Part shown: positions 8,304 through 17,548 of the stretch, piece after piece
How the letters are laid out: each line of letters begins with the position of its first letter
Position numbering within the stretch: the first letter of the stretch is position 1
Origin: Pseudomonadota bacterium
GTDB lineage: Archaea > Thermoplasmatota > SW-10-69-26 > JACQPN01 > JAJPHT01
Length of the DNA stretch: 64,000 nucleotides
Direction: 5' to 3'
NCBI GenBank assembly: GCA_021325135.1
Contig: JAJPHT010000045.1
Coordinates: 68,456 to 132,455 of the forward strand
Translations under genes and position numbers: made by a program
The notes under the pieces: generated by a model
The model's input: only the letters and a program-made list of their open reading frames with translations
What the model was told of the DNA's origin: nothing
Databases searched by the model: none

Positions 8304-9215
8304 GTGAGCAGCCCTCTGCTTGTGGTCGGCACGGTGGCGTTGGACAGCGTGGAGACGCCCTACGGGAAGGCCTCGGACGTGCTGGGCGGGAGCGCCACGT
8401 ACTTCGCCGCCGGGGCGTCGTTCTTCGCGCCGGTGCGGCTGGTGGGGGTCGTCGGGGACGACTTCCCCATGGAGAAGCTCTCGTTCCTCCGGCGGCGCGG
8501 CGTCGACCTGGCGGGCATCGAGGTGGTGCCCGGGGGGAAGACGTTCCGCTGGGCGGGGCGATATCACCTTGACCTCAACCACCGCGACACGCTGGGCACG
8601 TGGCTCAACGTGCTGGAGACGTTCCAGCCCAAGCTCCCCGACGAGTGGCGCGACACGCCCTACGTGTTCCTCGCCAACATCGACCCCGTGCTCCAGCGCC
8701 AGGTGCTCGACCAGGTGAAGACGCCCAAGCTCACCGTCGCGGACACCATGAACTTCTGGATCGGCAGCGTGCGCCCGGAGCTGGTGAAGACGCTCGCGCG
8801 CGTGGACGCCCTCATCGTCAACGACGAGGAGGCGCGGCAGCTTGCCGGCGTCCCCAACCTCGTGCGCGCCGCGGGGATCATCCGCCAGATGGGGCCCCGC
8901 ACCGTGATCGTGAAGAAGGGCGAGCACGGCGCGCTCCTCTTCCACGAGGGGAAGGTCTTCAGCGCGCCCGCCTACCCCCTGGAGGACGTGTTCGACCCCA
9001 CCGGCGCGGGCGACACGTTCGCGGGCGGCTTCTACGGCTACCTCGCCAAGCAGGGCAAGGCCGACGAGGCCACGCTGCGCAACGCGGTGCTCTACGGCAG
9101 CGCGCTCGCCTCCTTCTGCGTGGAGCGCTTCGGGCCCGACCGCCTCGTCGACCTCACCTTGAAGGAGATCGAGGAGCGCGTCCAGGCCTTCCGGGACCTC
9201 GTCCGGGTGTCCTGA
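8304..9215 (+). CDS. PfkB/ribokinase-family carbohydrate or nucleoside kinase
   Basis: LGGSATY, VGVVGDDF, KKGEHGA, DPTGAGDTFAGG. Confidence 0.93.
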   Translation: MSSPLLVVGTVALDSVETPYGKASDVLGGSATYFAAGASFFAPVRLVGVVGDDFPMEKLSFLRRRGVDLAGIEVVPGGKTFRWAGRYHLDLNHRDTLGTWLNVLETFQPKLPDEWRDTPYVFLANIDPVLQRQVLDQVKTPKLTVADTMNFWIGSVRPELVKTLARVDALIVNDEEARQLAGVPNLVRAAGIIRQMGPRTVIVKKGEHGALLFHEGKVFSAPAYPLEDVFDPTGAGDTFAGGFYGYLAKQGKADEATLRNAVLYGSALASFCVERFGPDRLVDLTLKEIEERVQAFRDLVRVS

Positions 9216-9270
9216 GGGAGAAGAGGCGACTTCCGCTCCTTCATATACCTGGGAGAACGACGGCGCCTCC

Positions 9271-9342
9271 ATGACGACGGAGAAGCGCGAGACCCCCCGG
9301 CAGACCCCCACCGACGACGTGGACCCCTGGACCCTGCCGTAG
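9271..9342 (+). CDS. Putative 23-aa micro-protein MTTEKRETPRQTPTDDVDPWTLP
   Basis: TTCATATA about 23 nt upstream; all codons end in G or C. Confidence 0.4.
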   Translation: MTTEKRETPRQTPTDDVDPWTLP

Positions 9343-9377
9343 GGCAGCTTGAAGCCGCGGCCCGATCTCCCCTTTTC

Positions 9378-10022
9378 GTGGAGCCCGAGGCCCTTCTCTT
9401 CGATCTCGACGGGACGCTTGTCGACGGCGCCGCCGCGATCCACGACGCCTTCGAGCACGCGCTGCGCGAGACGGGCATGCCCCCCGTCCCCCGCGACCGC
9501 GTCGCCGGCATGATCGGCGCGCCGCTGCGCCTGATGTTCCGCGAGCTGTGCCAGGTGAGCGACGCGGACGCCGCCCTTCTCGTGCGCGCCTACCGCGCCC
9601 GCTTCGAGGCCGTGGCGCCCACGCTGGTCCGCCCGACGCCCGGCGCGCTGGAGGCGCTGGACCGCTTCCCCGGCACGCCCATGGCCGTCGTCACCACCAA
9701 GGCCGCCGACCCCGCGCGGCTGGTCCTCCGCGCCCTGGGCGTCGAGGAGCGCTTCGCGACCGTCGTGGGCGTGGACACCGTCCTGCGCCCCAAGCCCGAC
9801 CCCGAGGGCGTGCGCGTCGCGCTGGCGCGCCTGGGCGTCGGCTCGCGGCGCGCCGTGTTCGTGGGCGACACCGTGATGGACGTCGTCGCGGGCCGCGGCG
9901 CGGGCGCCAGGACCATCGCCGTCGCCAACGGGCACGGCGACCCGGGCGAGCTTCGCGCCGCCTCGCCCGACGCGCTCATTCCCGATCTCACGCGGCTCCA
10001 CGAGGCGGTGAGCCGGCTGTGA
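9378..10022 (+). CDS. HAD-family phosphatase (phosphoglycolate phosphatase-like)
   Basis: FDLDGTLVD, VTTK, KPDP, VGDTVMD. Confidence 0.9.
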   Translation: MEPEALLFDLDGTLVDGAAAIHDAFEHALRETGMPPVPRDRVAGMIGAPLRLMFRELCQVSDADAALLVRAYRARFEAVAPTLVRPTPGALEALDRFPGTPMAVVTTKAADPARLVLRALGVEERFATVVGVDTVLRPKPDPEGVRVALARLGVGSRRAVFVGDTVMDVVAGRGAGARTIAVANGHGDPGELRAASPDALIPDLTRLHEAVSRL

Positions 10023-10414
10023 GCGCCGACCCCGTCGACCTGCTGCGGCGCTTCCGCCGCATCGCCGTCGTGGGCTGCTCCGCGACGCCGGGCAAGGACG
10101 CCCACGAGATCCCCAAACACATGCTCCACCACGGCTATGATATCATCCCCATCAACCCCGGCGCGGCGGAGATCTTCGGCGTGCGCGCGTACCCCACCCT
10201 CGCGGACGCGCCCGGCCCCATCGAGATCGTCGACGTGTTCCGCCCTCCAGCCGAGGCGCCCGCCGTCGCGCGGCAGGCCGTGGCGGCCGGCGCCAAGGCC
10301 CTCTGGCTGCAGCTTGGCATCCGCAGCGAGGAGGCGCGCCGCATCGCCGAGGAGGCGGGCCTTCTCTACGTCGAGGACCGCTGCCTCAAGGTGGAGCTTC
10401 GGAAGCTCCGCTGA
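10019..10414 (+). CDS. CoA-binding protein (YccU-like)
   Basis: IAVVGCS, IIPINP, IVDVFRP, LWLQLGI, VEDRCLKVE; GTGA overlap with the upstream gene. Confidence 0.9.
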   Translation: MSADPVDLLRRFRRIAVVGCSATPGKDAHEIPKHMLHHGYDIIPINPGAAEIFGVRAYPTLADAPGPIEIVDVFRPPAEAPAVARQAVAAGAKALWLQLGIRSEEARRIAEEAGLLYVEDRCLKVELRKLR

Positions 10415-10496
10415 TCGCCCGCCGCGCATCGACGCAGCGGCGAAGCGCCGCACTCGCGCCATCGTCAAATAGGCGACGCGTCGCAGGCGCGCCACC

Positions 10497-11762
10497 ATGC
10501 GCCCGATCGCCTTCGCCCTCGGTCTTGCGCTCGTCCTCGCTCCCGGCCTCGTGCCCGTGTCCGAGGCGGGCCTTCTGGGAGCCTCCGGCGGAGGCACGCT
10601 CCTCGTGGGCTACTCCCCTGGCGCGCTGACGCCCGTGACGGGCCTCGTCGCCTCCCTAGGCGGCTCCATCACCGGCTCCTCGCCCGAGCTGTCGGTCCTG
10701 CGCGCGGACGTGCCCGACGTCTCCGCCGCGCTGCTTGCGCTCCAGCTTTCGCCCCTCGTCGCGTTCGCCGAGCGCGACGGGCAGGCGGTCCTCACGGGCG
10801 CCGAGTGGAACGGCGCGGAGTGGAACGTCGTCGACGAGAACGGCGCCGAATGGAACGGGGCCGAGTGGAACGGCCAAGGCTCCTCCGCGCTCCCCGACCC
10901 GGGCATCCCGCTCCAGTGGGGCCTCGTCGCGGCCGACGTGCCCCCGGCGTGGGCCGTCACCACCGGCCATCGCGCGGCGCCGCTGTGCGTCGTGGACTCC
11001 GGCGTCGACCTCTCGCACCCGGACCTCGCGGCCAACCTGTGGACGGGCCCCTCGGGCGAGCACGGGGTCAACCTCCTCTCGCCCGGCTCGCCGCCCCAGG
11101 ACGACGCGGGCCACGGCACGCACGTCGCGGGCATCGCCGCCGCCGTCGTGGGCAACCAGTGGGGCGTCGCGGGCGTCGGCAACGAGCCCATCATGGCCGT
11201 GAAGGTCCTGGACAGCACGGGCCACGGCCGCGAGTCGGACGTGGCGTTCGGCCTCGTCTGGTGCGCGACCCACGGCGCCAAGGTCGCGCTCCTCGCCCTC
11301 TCCGCCGACGGCACGACGACGCTGAAGCGCGCGCTGGCGTTCGCCTCGGACCACGACGTGCTCGTCGTCGCGTCCGCCGGGAACAAGGGGCCCTGCGCCG
11401 GCTGCGTCTCGTTCCCGGCCAGCGACCCGCACGTCCTCGCCGTGGGCGCGATCTCTCCTTCGCGCACGCTGGCGCCCTTCAGCAGCAGCGGCCCGCAGGT
11501 GGCCCTCGCCGCGCCGGGCGTTGATATCACCTCCACCTTTGCGGGCGGCCTCTACGCGACGGGCAGCGGCACGAGCCAGGCCGCGGCGTGGGTCGCGGGC
11601 GCCGCCGCCCTCGCGCGCGACGCGGGGCCGGGCCTCAGCGCGCAGGCCACGCGCGACGACCTCGTCTCCCACGCGGTGGACCTCGGGCCAAAAGGTCCCG
11701 ATCCCCTCTACGGCGCAGGCCTCCTGGACGTGCGCGCGGCCGTGGCGGCCGCCAGCGGGTAG
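10497..11762 (+). CDS. Secreted S8 subtilisin-like serine protease with GAEWN repeats
   Basis: Signal peptide; catalytic triad VVDSGVD / GHGTHVAG / GTSQAA; oxyanion SAGN. Confidence 0.92.
   Translation: MRPIAFALGLALVLAPGLVPVSEAGLLGASGGGTLLVGYSPGALTPVTGLVASLGGSITGSSPELSVLRADVPDVSAALLALQLSPLVAFAERDGQAVLTGAEWNGAEWNVVDENGAEWNGAEWNGQGSSALPDPGIPLQWGLVAADVPPAWAVTTGHRAAPLCVVDSGVDLSHPDLAANLWTGPSGEHGVNLLSPGSPPQDDAGHGTHVAGIAAAVVGNQWGVAGVGNEPIMAVKVLDSTGHGRESDVAFGLVWCATHGAKVALLALSADGTTTLKRALAFASDHDVLVVASAGNKGPCAGCVSFPASDPHVLAVGAISPSRTLAPFSSSGPQVALAAPGVDITSTFAGGLYATGSGTSQAAAWVAGAAALARDAGPGLSAQATRDDLVSHAVDLGPKGPDPLYGAGLLDVRAAVAAASG
10797..10874 (+). repeat. Coding pentapeptide repeat GAEWN-GAEWN-VVDEN-GAEWN-GAEWN-G
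   Basis: 15-nt period; synonymous variation between units (GGC/GGG, GCC/GCG, GAG/GAA). Confidence 0.95.
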
Positions 11763-11767
11763 GCGCC

Positions 11768-14014
11768 ATGTCCTTCGTCGGAAGCCGGGCAGCCCGCGCC
11801 CCCACGCGGGACGCCCTCGCGCCCGTCCTCGGCGCCACCGTGGCCGCCGGAGCCGCCGCGCTCGCGGCCGCGCTCCTGGCCGCCCTGGGCGCGCCCGCGG
11901 CCGCCTTCCTCGCCCTCGCGCCCCTCGCGCTGGGCCCCGTGCTCTGGCCCGCGACCGCGGCGTTCGCGCTCCTCTTCTTCCTCCTCCAGAAGCAGGGGTT
12001 CGTGTTCCACTGGCGCGCCGAGAGCACCAAGGTGAGCCTCGACGAGATCGCGCTCTTCCTGGGCGTCCTGGCGTTGCCGCCCGCGCACGTCGTCCTGGGC
12101 GTCGCGGCCAGCTCCCTGGCGAGCCAGGTCGTCCACCGCAGGGCCGCGTACAAGGCGGCGTTCAACGTCGCGCAGTACGCCCTGGCCGCGACGGGCGCCG
12201 CGGGCGTCGCCCTGGCGATGCGCTCGTGGGGCGTCCCCTCGCCCTGGTTCGCCCTCGCCTCGCCCCTGGTCTTCAGCGTCACGACGAGCCTCCTCGTGAG
12301 CTTCCTCTTCGGCCGCATGGAGGGCGAGCCCGCGCTGCGCGTCTTCCGCGCGCGCTTCATGCCCTTCAGCGCCATGAGCGCGACGCTGGGCGCCTCGCTG
12401 GGCCTCGGCGTCGTCGCGCTGGCGTCCCTCTCGCCGTGGGCGACCCTCGCCGCGGTCCCCGTCTTCCTCCACGTGCGCCGCTTCGGCCGCCTCGCCGAGT
12501 GGGCCGACGCCGAGCTTCGCACGCACCAGCGCCTCGCCGCCATGAGCGCGGAGGTCGCCGGAAGCGCGGACCTCGACTCCGTCGCGACGCGCATCCTCGC
12601 CGCGTGCCGCGAGATCCTCGACGCGGGCGAGGTGCGCCTCCTGCTCTCGGGCGCGCAGGGCCCGCGGGAGTGGCGCGAGGGGCCGGGATCGGCCTCGGGC
12701 TCGGTCGCGGCGCTCGTGCAGGACGCGCGCGGGCAGGCCATCGGCTCGCTCAGCGCCGGCCCCAAGCGCGGCCAGCGCGCGTTCGGCGAGCGCGAGCGGC
12801 ACCTCCTCCAGACCGTCGCGGCCAGCGTCGCCAGCGCGTCCGCCAACGCGAGCGCGCTGCGCGCGGCCGAGGCCGCGAACCGCAGCCTCTCCGAGAGCGA
12901 GTCGCGCTATCGCACCCTCTTCGAGACGTCGCGCCTCCAGCTCCACGTCCTGGACCGCGAGGGGCGCATCCTCGACCTCAACCCGGCCGCCGCGCGCATG
13001 CTGGGCCTGCCTCAGGAGGAGGCCGTGGGCCGCGCGCTGCCGGAGCTTCTCCCCGACGCCGCGGGCGTGCTGCGGGGCGCGCTGGAGGCGGGCTTCGCGC
13101 GGGGCGAGGCCCACGACGTGGAGTGCGCCTCGCGCGGCCAGCACTTCCTCCTCGACGCGCGCGCCCTGCCCGGCGAGCCCGCGCGCCTCGTCGTCTTCGC
13201 CCGCGACGTGACGCCCTTGAAGGCGCTGGAGGCCGAGCTTCGCGAATCCAACCGCGTGCAGCACGAGACAATCCGCCGCCTGGAGAACATGAACCGCGAG
13301 CTGGAGGAGTTCACGCTCTGGACGACCCACGACATGCGCGAGCCGCTGCGCAGCATCGGCACCATCGCGGGTTTGCTCCACGAGGACCTCGACCGCGGCA
13401 TCAGCCCCGAGGAGGCGCGCGACATGACGCGGCGCATCTGCGAGGGGAGCGAGCGCCTCAAGGAGCGCGTGAAGGCGCTCCACGCGTTCAGCCTCATCGT
13501 GCAGCGCGACGACGCGTTCGGCAACGTGGACCTCCAGGAGGTCGTGGACGTCGTCGTCGACAGCATGGAGGCGAAGGTGCGCGAGCGGCGCGCGCAGGTC
13601 GTCCTCCCGCGCGGGCGCTTCCCCATCGTGCGCGCCCAGCCGCACCGCATCCACCAGGTGGTGGCGAACCTCGTGGAGAACGCCCTCAAGTACGGCCACG
13701 CCCAGGAGCCGCGCGTGGAGATCGGCCACGAGGAGACGCCCGAGGGGCTGCGCCTCTTCGTGCGCGACAACGGGCCGGGCATCCCCGCGCAGTACCACCA
13801 CCGCATCTTCCAGCTCTTCCAGCGCGGCCCCGCGACGCAGGAGCCCGGCAGCGGCGCGGGCCTCGCCATCGTCAAGCGCATCGTGGAGCAGCACGGCGGG
13901 CGCGTCTGGGTGGAGAGCGAGGCCGGCCAGGGCGCGTGCTTCTACGTGCTGCTCCCCTCGGAGACCGCCCGAAAGCCATTTGAAGGGGCCGAAGGCTCGC
14001 CCGCTCGCCCATGA
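11768..14014 (+). CDS. Membrane sensor histidine kinase (multi-TM MASE9-like + GAF-like + PAS + HisKA + HATPase)
   Basis: About 6-8 TM helices with KAAFNVAQYAL; PAS (LDREGRILDLNPAA); H-box THDMREPL; NLVENALKY; DNGPGI; GSGAGLAIVKRIVEQHGG. Confidence 0.92.
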   Translation: MSFVGSRAARAPTRDALAPVLGATVAAGAAALAAALLAALGAPAAAFLALAPLALGPVLWPATAAFALLFFLLQKQGFVFHWRAESTKVSLDEIALFLGVLALPPAHVVLGVAASSLASQVVHRRAAYKAAFNVAQYALAATGAAGVALAMRSWGVPSPWFALASPLVFSVTTSLLVSFLFGRMEGEPALRVFRARFMPFSAMSATLGASLGLGVVALASLSPWATLAAVPVFLHVRRFGRLAEWADAELRTHQRLAAMSAEVAGSADLDSVATRILAACREILDAGEVRLLLSGAQGPREWREGPGSASGSVAALVQDARGQAIGSLSAGPKRGQRAFGERERHLLQTVAASVASASANASALRAAEAANRSLSESESRYRTLFETSRLQLHVLDREGRILDLNPAAARMLGLPQEEAVGRALPELLPDAAGVLRGALEAGFARGEAHDVECASRGQHFLLDARALPGEPARLVVFARDVTPLKALEAELRESNRVQHETIRRLENMNRELEEFTLWTTHDMREPLRSIGTIAGLLHEDLDRGISPEEARDMTRRICEGSERLKERVKALHAFSLIVQRDDAFGNVDLQEVVDVVVDSMEAKVRERRAQVVLPRGRFPIVRAQPHRIHQVVANLVENALKYGHAQEPRVEIGHEETPEGLRLFVRDNGPGIPAQYHHRIFQLFQRGPATQEPGSGAGLAIVKRIVEQHGGRVWVESEAGQGACFYVLLPSETARKPFEGAEGSPARP

Positions 14015-14130
14015 TCATCTGCAAGAGCTGCGGCCGCAAGATCGAGGCCTCGGAGGTCAAGTACCGGACCACCGAGAACGGCAAGAGCGTCACCATCTGC
14101 CCCGACTGCGCGAAGCAGCGCGGCATCTAG
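14011..14130 (+). CDS. 39-aa zinc-finger micro-protein (CxxCG...CPDC)
   Basis: MIICKSCGRKIEASEVKYRTTENGKSVTICPDCAKQRGI; ATGA overlap with the kinase stop; absent from the ORF track. Confidence 0.75.
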   Translation: MIICKSCGRKIEASEVKYRTTENGKSVTICPDCAKQRGI

Positions 14131-14182
14131 GCCCCACGCGGGGATCGAAAGGGTCTTCCTGGGGCCCGGGCCTCGCGAAGGC

Positions 14183-14362
14183 ATGGACCTTCTCGCTTCG
14201 CTGCCCGTGCTCTCGCGGACGCAGGCCATCGTCGCCGCGGTCATCGTCGTCGTCCTGGTCCTCCTTGCGTGGAAGTTCCTCAAGTTCGCGTTCAAGGTCG
14301 CGATCATCGTCGCCGCGGCCGTGCTCATCTACCTCGCCATCCACGCTGCGGGGATCGTTTGA
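14183..14362 (+). CDS. Small two-TM membrane protein (59 aa)
   Basis: MDLLASLPVLSRTQAIVAAVIVVVLVLLAWKFLKFAFKVAIIVAAAVLIYLAIHAAGIV. Confidence 0.7.
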   Translation: MDLLASLPVLSRTQAIVAAVIVVVLVLLAWKFLKFAFKVAIIVAAAVLIYLAIHAAGIV

Positions 14363-14419
14363 GCCGGGCGAGGCCGGGAAGCCGCCATCTTGATTCCCTG
14401 GGGCGGCGCGGTACACGCG

Positions 14420-15199
14420 ATGCGCCGGCGCATCGCCTTCCCCCTCCTCGCCCTCCTCGTCTCCGTCCTGGCCGGGTGCGCGGCCGGGCCCTCGCAGAGC
14501 TCGGCGGGCACGCCCCCCGGGACCACGCCGACGAGCGCCACGCCCGCGTCCAACGCCACCAACGACAGCGCGGCCTTCCTGCTCGTGGGCCCTGAGCTGC
14601 GCTTCCCCAACGGCACGGCCTCCACGGCGTTCCACGAGGACGACGCCATCGTCGCGCACTACGTCATCTCCCTCACGCCCGGCGCGCCCCACGACGCGAC
14701 GGCCCTCGCGGCCTACCTGGTGAACGGCAAGGTCGTCGACGTGCAGACCGTCCACCTGAGGCCCGGCGAGTCGCGCCCCTTCGACGCCGCCGTCTCCCTG
14801 GCCAACCAGACGATGCTGCGCGTCCAGGTGAAGGTGGGCGCGGCGGAGGGCGACGCCACCGCGAGCATCGTGCGCTGGCCGCGCGTCAACGAGACGTTCA
14901 TGCTGGGCAACGCCAGCGTGACGCTCACCTGGTGGGCGCACGACGCGCAGGGCGTCCACGCGGACCTCTCCGTCTGGACGCCGCCGGAGGGCAGCGTGAC
15001 CGCGCTGGACGCCGCGCTCCTCTGCCCCGGCTCCGAGGGCAAGCTCGCCTCGGGCGGCGCCCAGCCCGTCCCCATGGCGCCCGGCCAGGCGGCCGCCTCC
15101 TCGCTGGACTTCCCGCCCTGCACGTGGCCCTACGGCCTGGCGCTGTCCGCTTCCGACGCGGGCGGGACGCATCTCGGCCGGGTCCTCTTCGGGCAGTAG
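14420..15199 (+). CDS. Predicted lipoprotein with beta-rich (Ig/CARDB-like) domains
   Basis: MRRRIAFPLLALLVSVLAGC lipobox, S/T/P linker, LRPGES motif. Confidence 0.75.
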   Translation: MRRRIAFPLLALLVSVLAGCAAGPSQSSAGTPPGTTPTSATPASNATNDSAAFLLVGPELRFPNGTASTAFHEDDAIVAHYVISLTPGAPHDATALAAYLVNGKVVDVQTVHLRPGESRPFDAAVSLANQTMLRVQVKVGAAEGDATASIVRWPRVNETFMLGNASVTLTWWAHDAQGVHADLSVWTPPEGSVTALDAALLCPGSEGKLASGGAQPVPMAPGQAAASSLDFPPCTWPYGLALSASDAGGTHLGRVLFGQ

Positions 15200-15311
15200 C
15201 CCATGCGATATCAAGGACGGGACAAGGTCCCCTGGGGCCCGGGCCCGCTCAGTTTCCCTGCGCATCCACAAAGGGGAAGGCTGGCCCCCGCCGAGAAGGG
15301 GACCAGTGCCC

Positions 15312-16193
15312 ATGAGGAAGCTCCTGATCGCGGTCGCGCTCCTGGCGCTGGCCGCCACCCTTCCCGCCGCGTCCGCCCTCGAGGCGCGCGTCAGCGTCCA
15401 GGCCCGCGCGCCCGACGCCGCGCTCCCCCAGGTCCCGGCGATCCCCGCGGCGCCCCACGCCTCCCTGACCCCCCTTCCGCACGTCGCGGTCCCCGCCCCC
15501 GCGCTGCCCGTGGGCGCCAAGGCCTCCGCGGGCGGGGCGGACCTCACCATCACCCCCGCCTCGGCGCCCCAGGCCGCGCCCGACCCGGCGCCGGACGCCG
15601 CCGCGAAGCTCGTCCCCCTCGCCCGCAAGGCCGCGCCCCCCGCCATCGCGGCGGCCGGCCTCTTCGCGCTCCTCCAGTCGCTGGGCGCCTTCCGCTTCGC
15701 CGGCGCGGGCGCCTTCGCCCTCTACTCGCGCCTCACGCGCAGCAACCTCCTGGACAACGGGCACCGCGACCGAGTCTACAAGCTCATCCAGGAGTCGCCC
15801 GGCCTCAACGTGAGCGAGATCGGCCAGCGCGCCGGCCTCGGCTGGGGCACCACGGTCTACCACCTCGACCGCCTGGAGCGCGAAGGCTTCGTCGCCGCCG
15901 AGCGCGCGGGCCTCTCCAAGCGCTTCTTCGCCGTCGGCCTGGTCGACCGCGAGACGCGCCGCACCACCGCGCAGCTCAAGGACGGCCCCCGCCGCGACGT
16001 GGCCGCCGTCCTCCTCGCCACCCCGGGCATCACCCAGAGCGAGCTTGCCGCCACCCTGGGCATGAGCGCCTCCGCCGCATCCAAGCAGGTCACCAAGCTG
16101 GAGAGCGCGGGGCTCGTGCGCCGCGAGCGCGACTGGAAGACGGTGCGGCTCTTCCCGGGGCCCGCCCTCTCGGCGGCGCCGCTCCCGGCGTGA
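15312..16193 (+). CDS. Signal peptide/TM-anchored double winged-helix transcriptional regulator
   Basis: Signal peptide, Pro/Ala linker, TM, then LYSRL...RDRVYKLIQESPG...WGTTVYHLDRLE and a second HTH (PGITQSELA...SKQVTKLESAGLV). Confidence 0.8.
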   Translation: MRKLLIAVALLALAATLPAASALEARVSVQARAPDAALPQVPAIPAAPHASLTPLPHVAVPAPALPVGAKASAGGADLTITPASAPQAAPDPAPDAAAKLVPLARKAAPPAIAAAGLFALLQSLGAFRFAGAGAFALYSRLTRSNLLDNGHRDRVYKLIQESPGLNVSEIGQRAGLGWGTTVYHLDRLEREGFVAAERAGLSKRFFAVGLVDRETRRTTAQLKDGPRRDVAAVLLATPGITQSELAATLGMSASAASKQVTKLESAGLVRRERDWKTVRLFPGPALSAAPLPA

Positions 16194-16208
16194 TCGCCAC
16201 AGGGGCGC

Positions 16209-16763
16209 TCAGAGCGGCGCGATCCGCCCGAAGGAGCCCAGCGTCACGATGGCGGGCTCGTCCTCCAGGCGCTCCTCGCGGCCGTCGGCCCACCACACGG
16301 CGCCCTGCGCCTTGCCGCGCAGCGCGAGGTCCACGCCCCAGCAGGTGAAGCGCTTCGAGCCCCACACGGGCCGGCCCTCGCCGCCGTAGGGCGCCTGCTG
16401 CGGCGTCGCGTCCGCAGGCGCCACCAGCGTCATCTCCGCCAGCGCGATGGGGCCCACCTCGGCGCGCAGCATGCCCGCGACCACGCGCCCGTCGCCGCGC
16501 TCGGTGAGGAGCAGGTCGTCCTCGGGCACGCGGTGCGTCTCGCACTCGGGGTAGCGCTCCGCCATGAAGCGCGCGCCCGCCTCGGAGGAGACGTACACGG
16601 TGGCCGGGACGCTGGTGGAGGCGCCCAGCACGATGAAGACGTCGAAGACGCCGTGCGTCGGGCTGCGGATGCGGCACCACTCGAAGCGGCCCTCGACGTG
16701 CGCGAAGGGGGCGAAGAACTCGTAGGCGACGCCGGGGCCGTCGGGCGGGCGCAGGAAGCTCAC
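16209..16763 (-). CDS. Hypothetical protein
   Basis: GTG start (VSFLRPP); genome-typical codons; beta-rich. Confidence 0.6.
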   Translation of the reverse strand: MSFLRPPDGPGVAYEFFAPFAHVEGRFEWCRIRSPTHGVFDVFIVLGASTSVPATVYVSSEAGARFMAERYPECETHRVPEDDLLLTERGDGRVVAGMLRAEVGPIALAEMTLVAPADATPQQAPYGGEGRPVWGSKRFTCWGVDLALRGKAQGAVWWADGREERLEDEPAIVTLGSFGRIAPL

Positions 16764-16981
16764 GCGGCGCGCAGGCCGCGACGCTGGCTTGAGCCTTCGC
16801 CGCGGGGCGGCGCCGCGGCCAAGCCCCCTGGCTTCCGACGCGCCGCCCGCGAGCTTGCTCCCCCTTTGGGGCCGCTCCGGCGGTGCGGTCCAGAACTGAC
16901 ATGCCCTGGGACGCCGCACGAGCACCCGAGGGCCATGGAGATCCGAAGACGAGGCTCCCCATCGCCGGGCGGGCCGGGCCC

Positions 16982-17548
16982 GTGACGACCTACCAGCCGG
17001 AGCAGTGGGAAGGCTTCTTCCTGGCGGTCGGCGGGGGCGCTGCGGTCCTCACGGGCCTCGTCGTGGTGGCCATGTCGATGCACCTGCCCGTGATCACGGC
17101 CGACCCCGCGCTCCGGCATCGCGCCCGGATGATCCTCGCGAGCCTGGCGGGCGTGTTCATGCGCTGCTCGCTCGCCCTCATGGGCGGCCAGGACGGACGC
17201 GCGGTCGCCATCGATCTCTTCGCCGTCTGCCTGGTTCTGGTCGTCCTCAACCTGCGCAGCTACGCCCCCGTCGCGAAGAGCCACGTGGCGCATCGCGTCT
17301 CGCGGCTGCGGACGATGGGCGGGATCGCCTGCTACGGCGCCGAGATGATCGGCGCGGCCCTCCTGTTCTCCGGCGTGGGGTGGGGGCTCCACGTGGCCGC
17401 CGTCGCCATGGTGGCCAGCTTCGCCGTCATGATCAGCAGCTCCTGGCTCCTCCTGCTCGGGGTCCGGCCGGACGAGAACCCTTCTCCGGAGGACGCCCGC
17501 GGCGTGGCCCGGCGCGTCCGGCTGCCGTCGCGGGACCCGCGGGGATGA
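16982..17548 (+). CDS. Conserved-type membrane protein (about 5 TM)
   Basis: WEGFFLAVGGGAAVLTGLVVVAMS N-terminal motif. Confidence 0.7.
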   Translation: MTTYQPEQWEGFFLAVGGGAAVLTGLVVVAMSMHLPVITADPALRHRARMILASLAGVFMRCSLALMGGQDGRAVAIDLFAVCLVLVVLNLRSYAPVAKSHVAHRVSRLRTMGGIACYGAEMIGAALLFSGVGWGLHVAAVAMVASFAVMISSSWLLLLGVRPDENPSPEDARGVARRVRLPSRDPRG

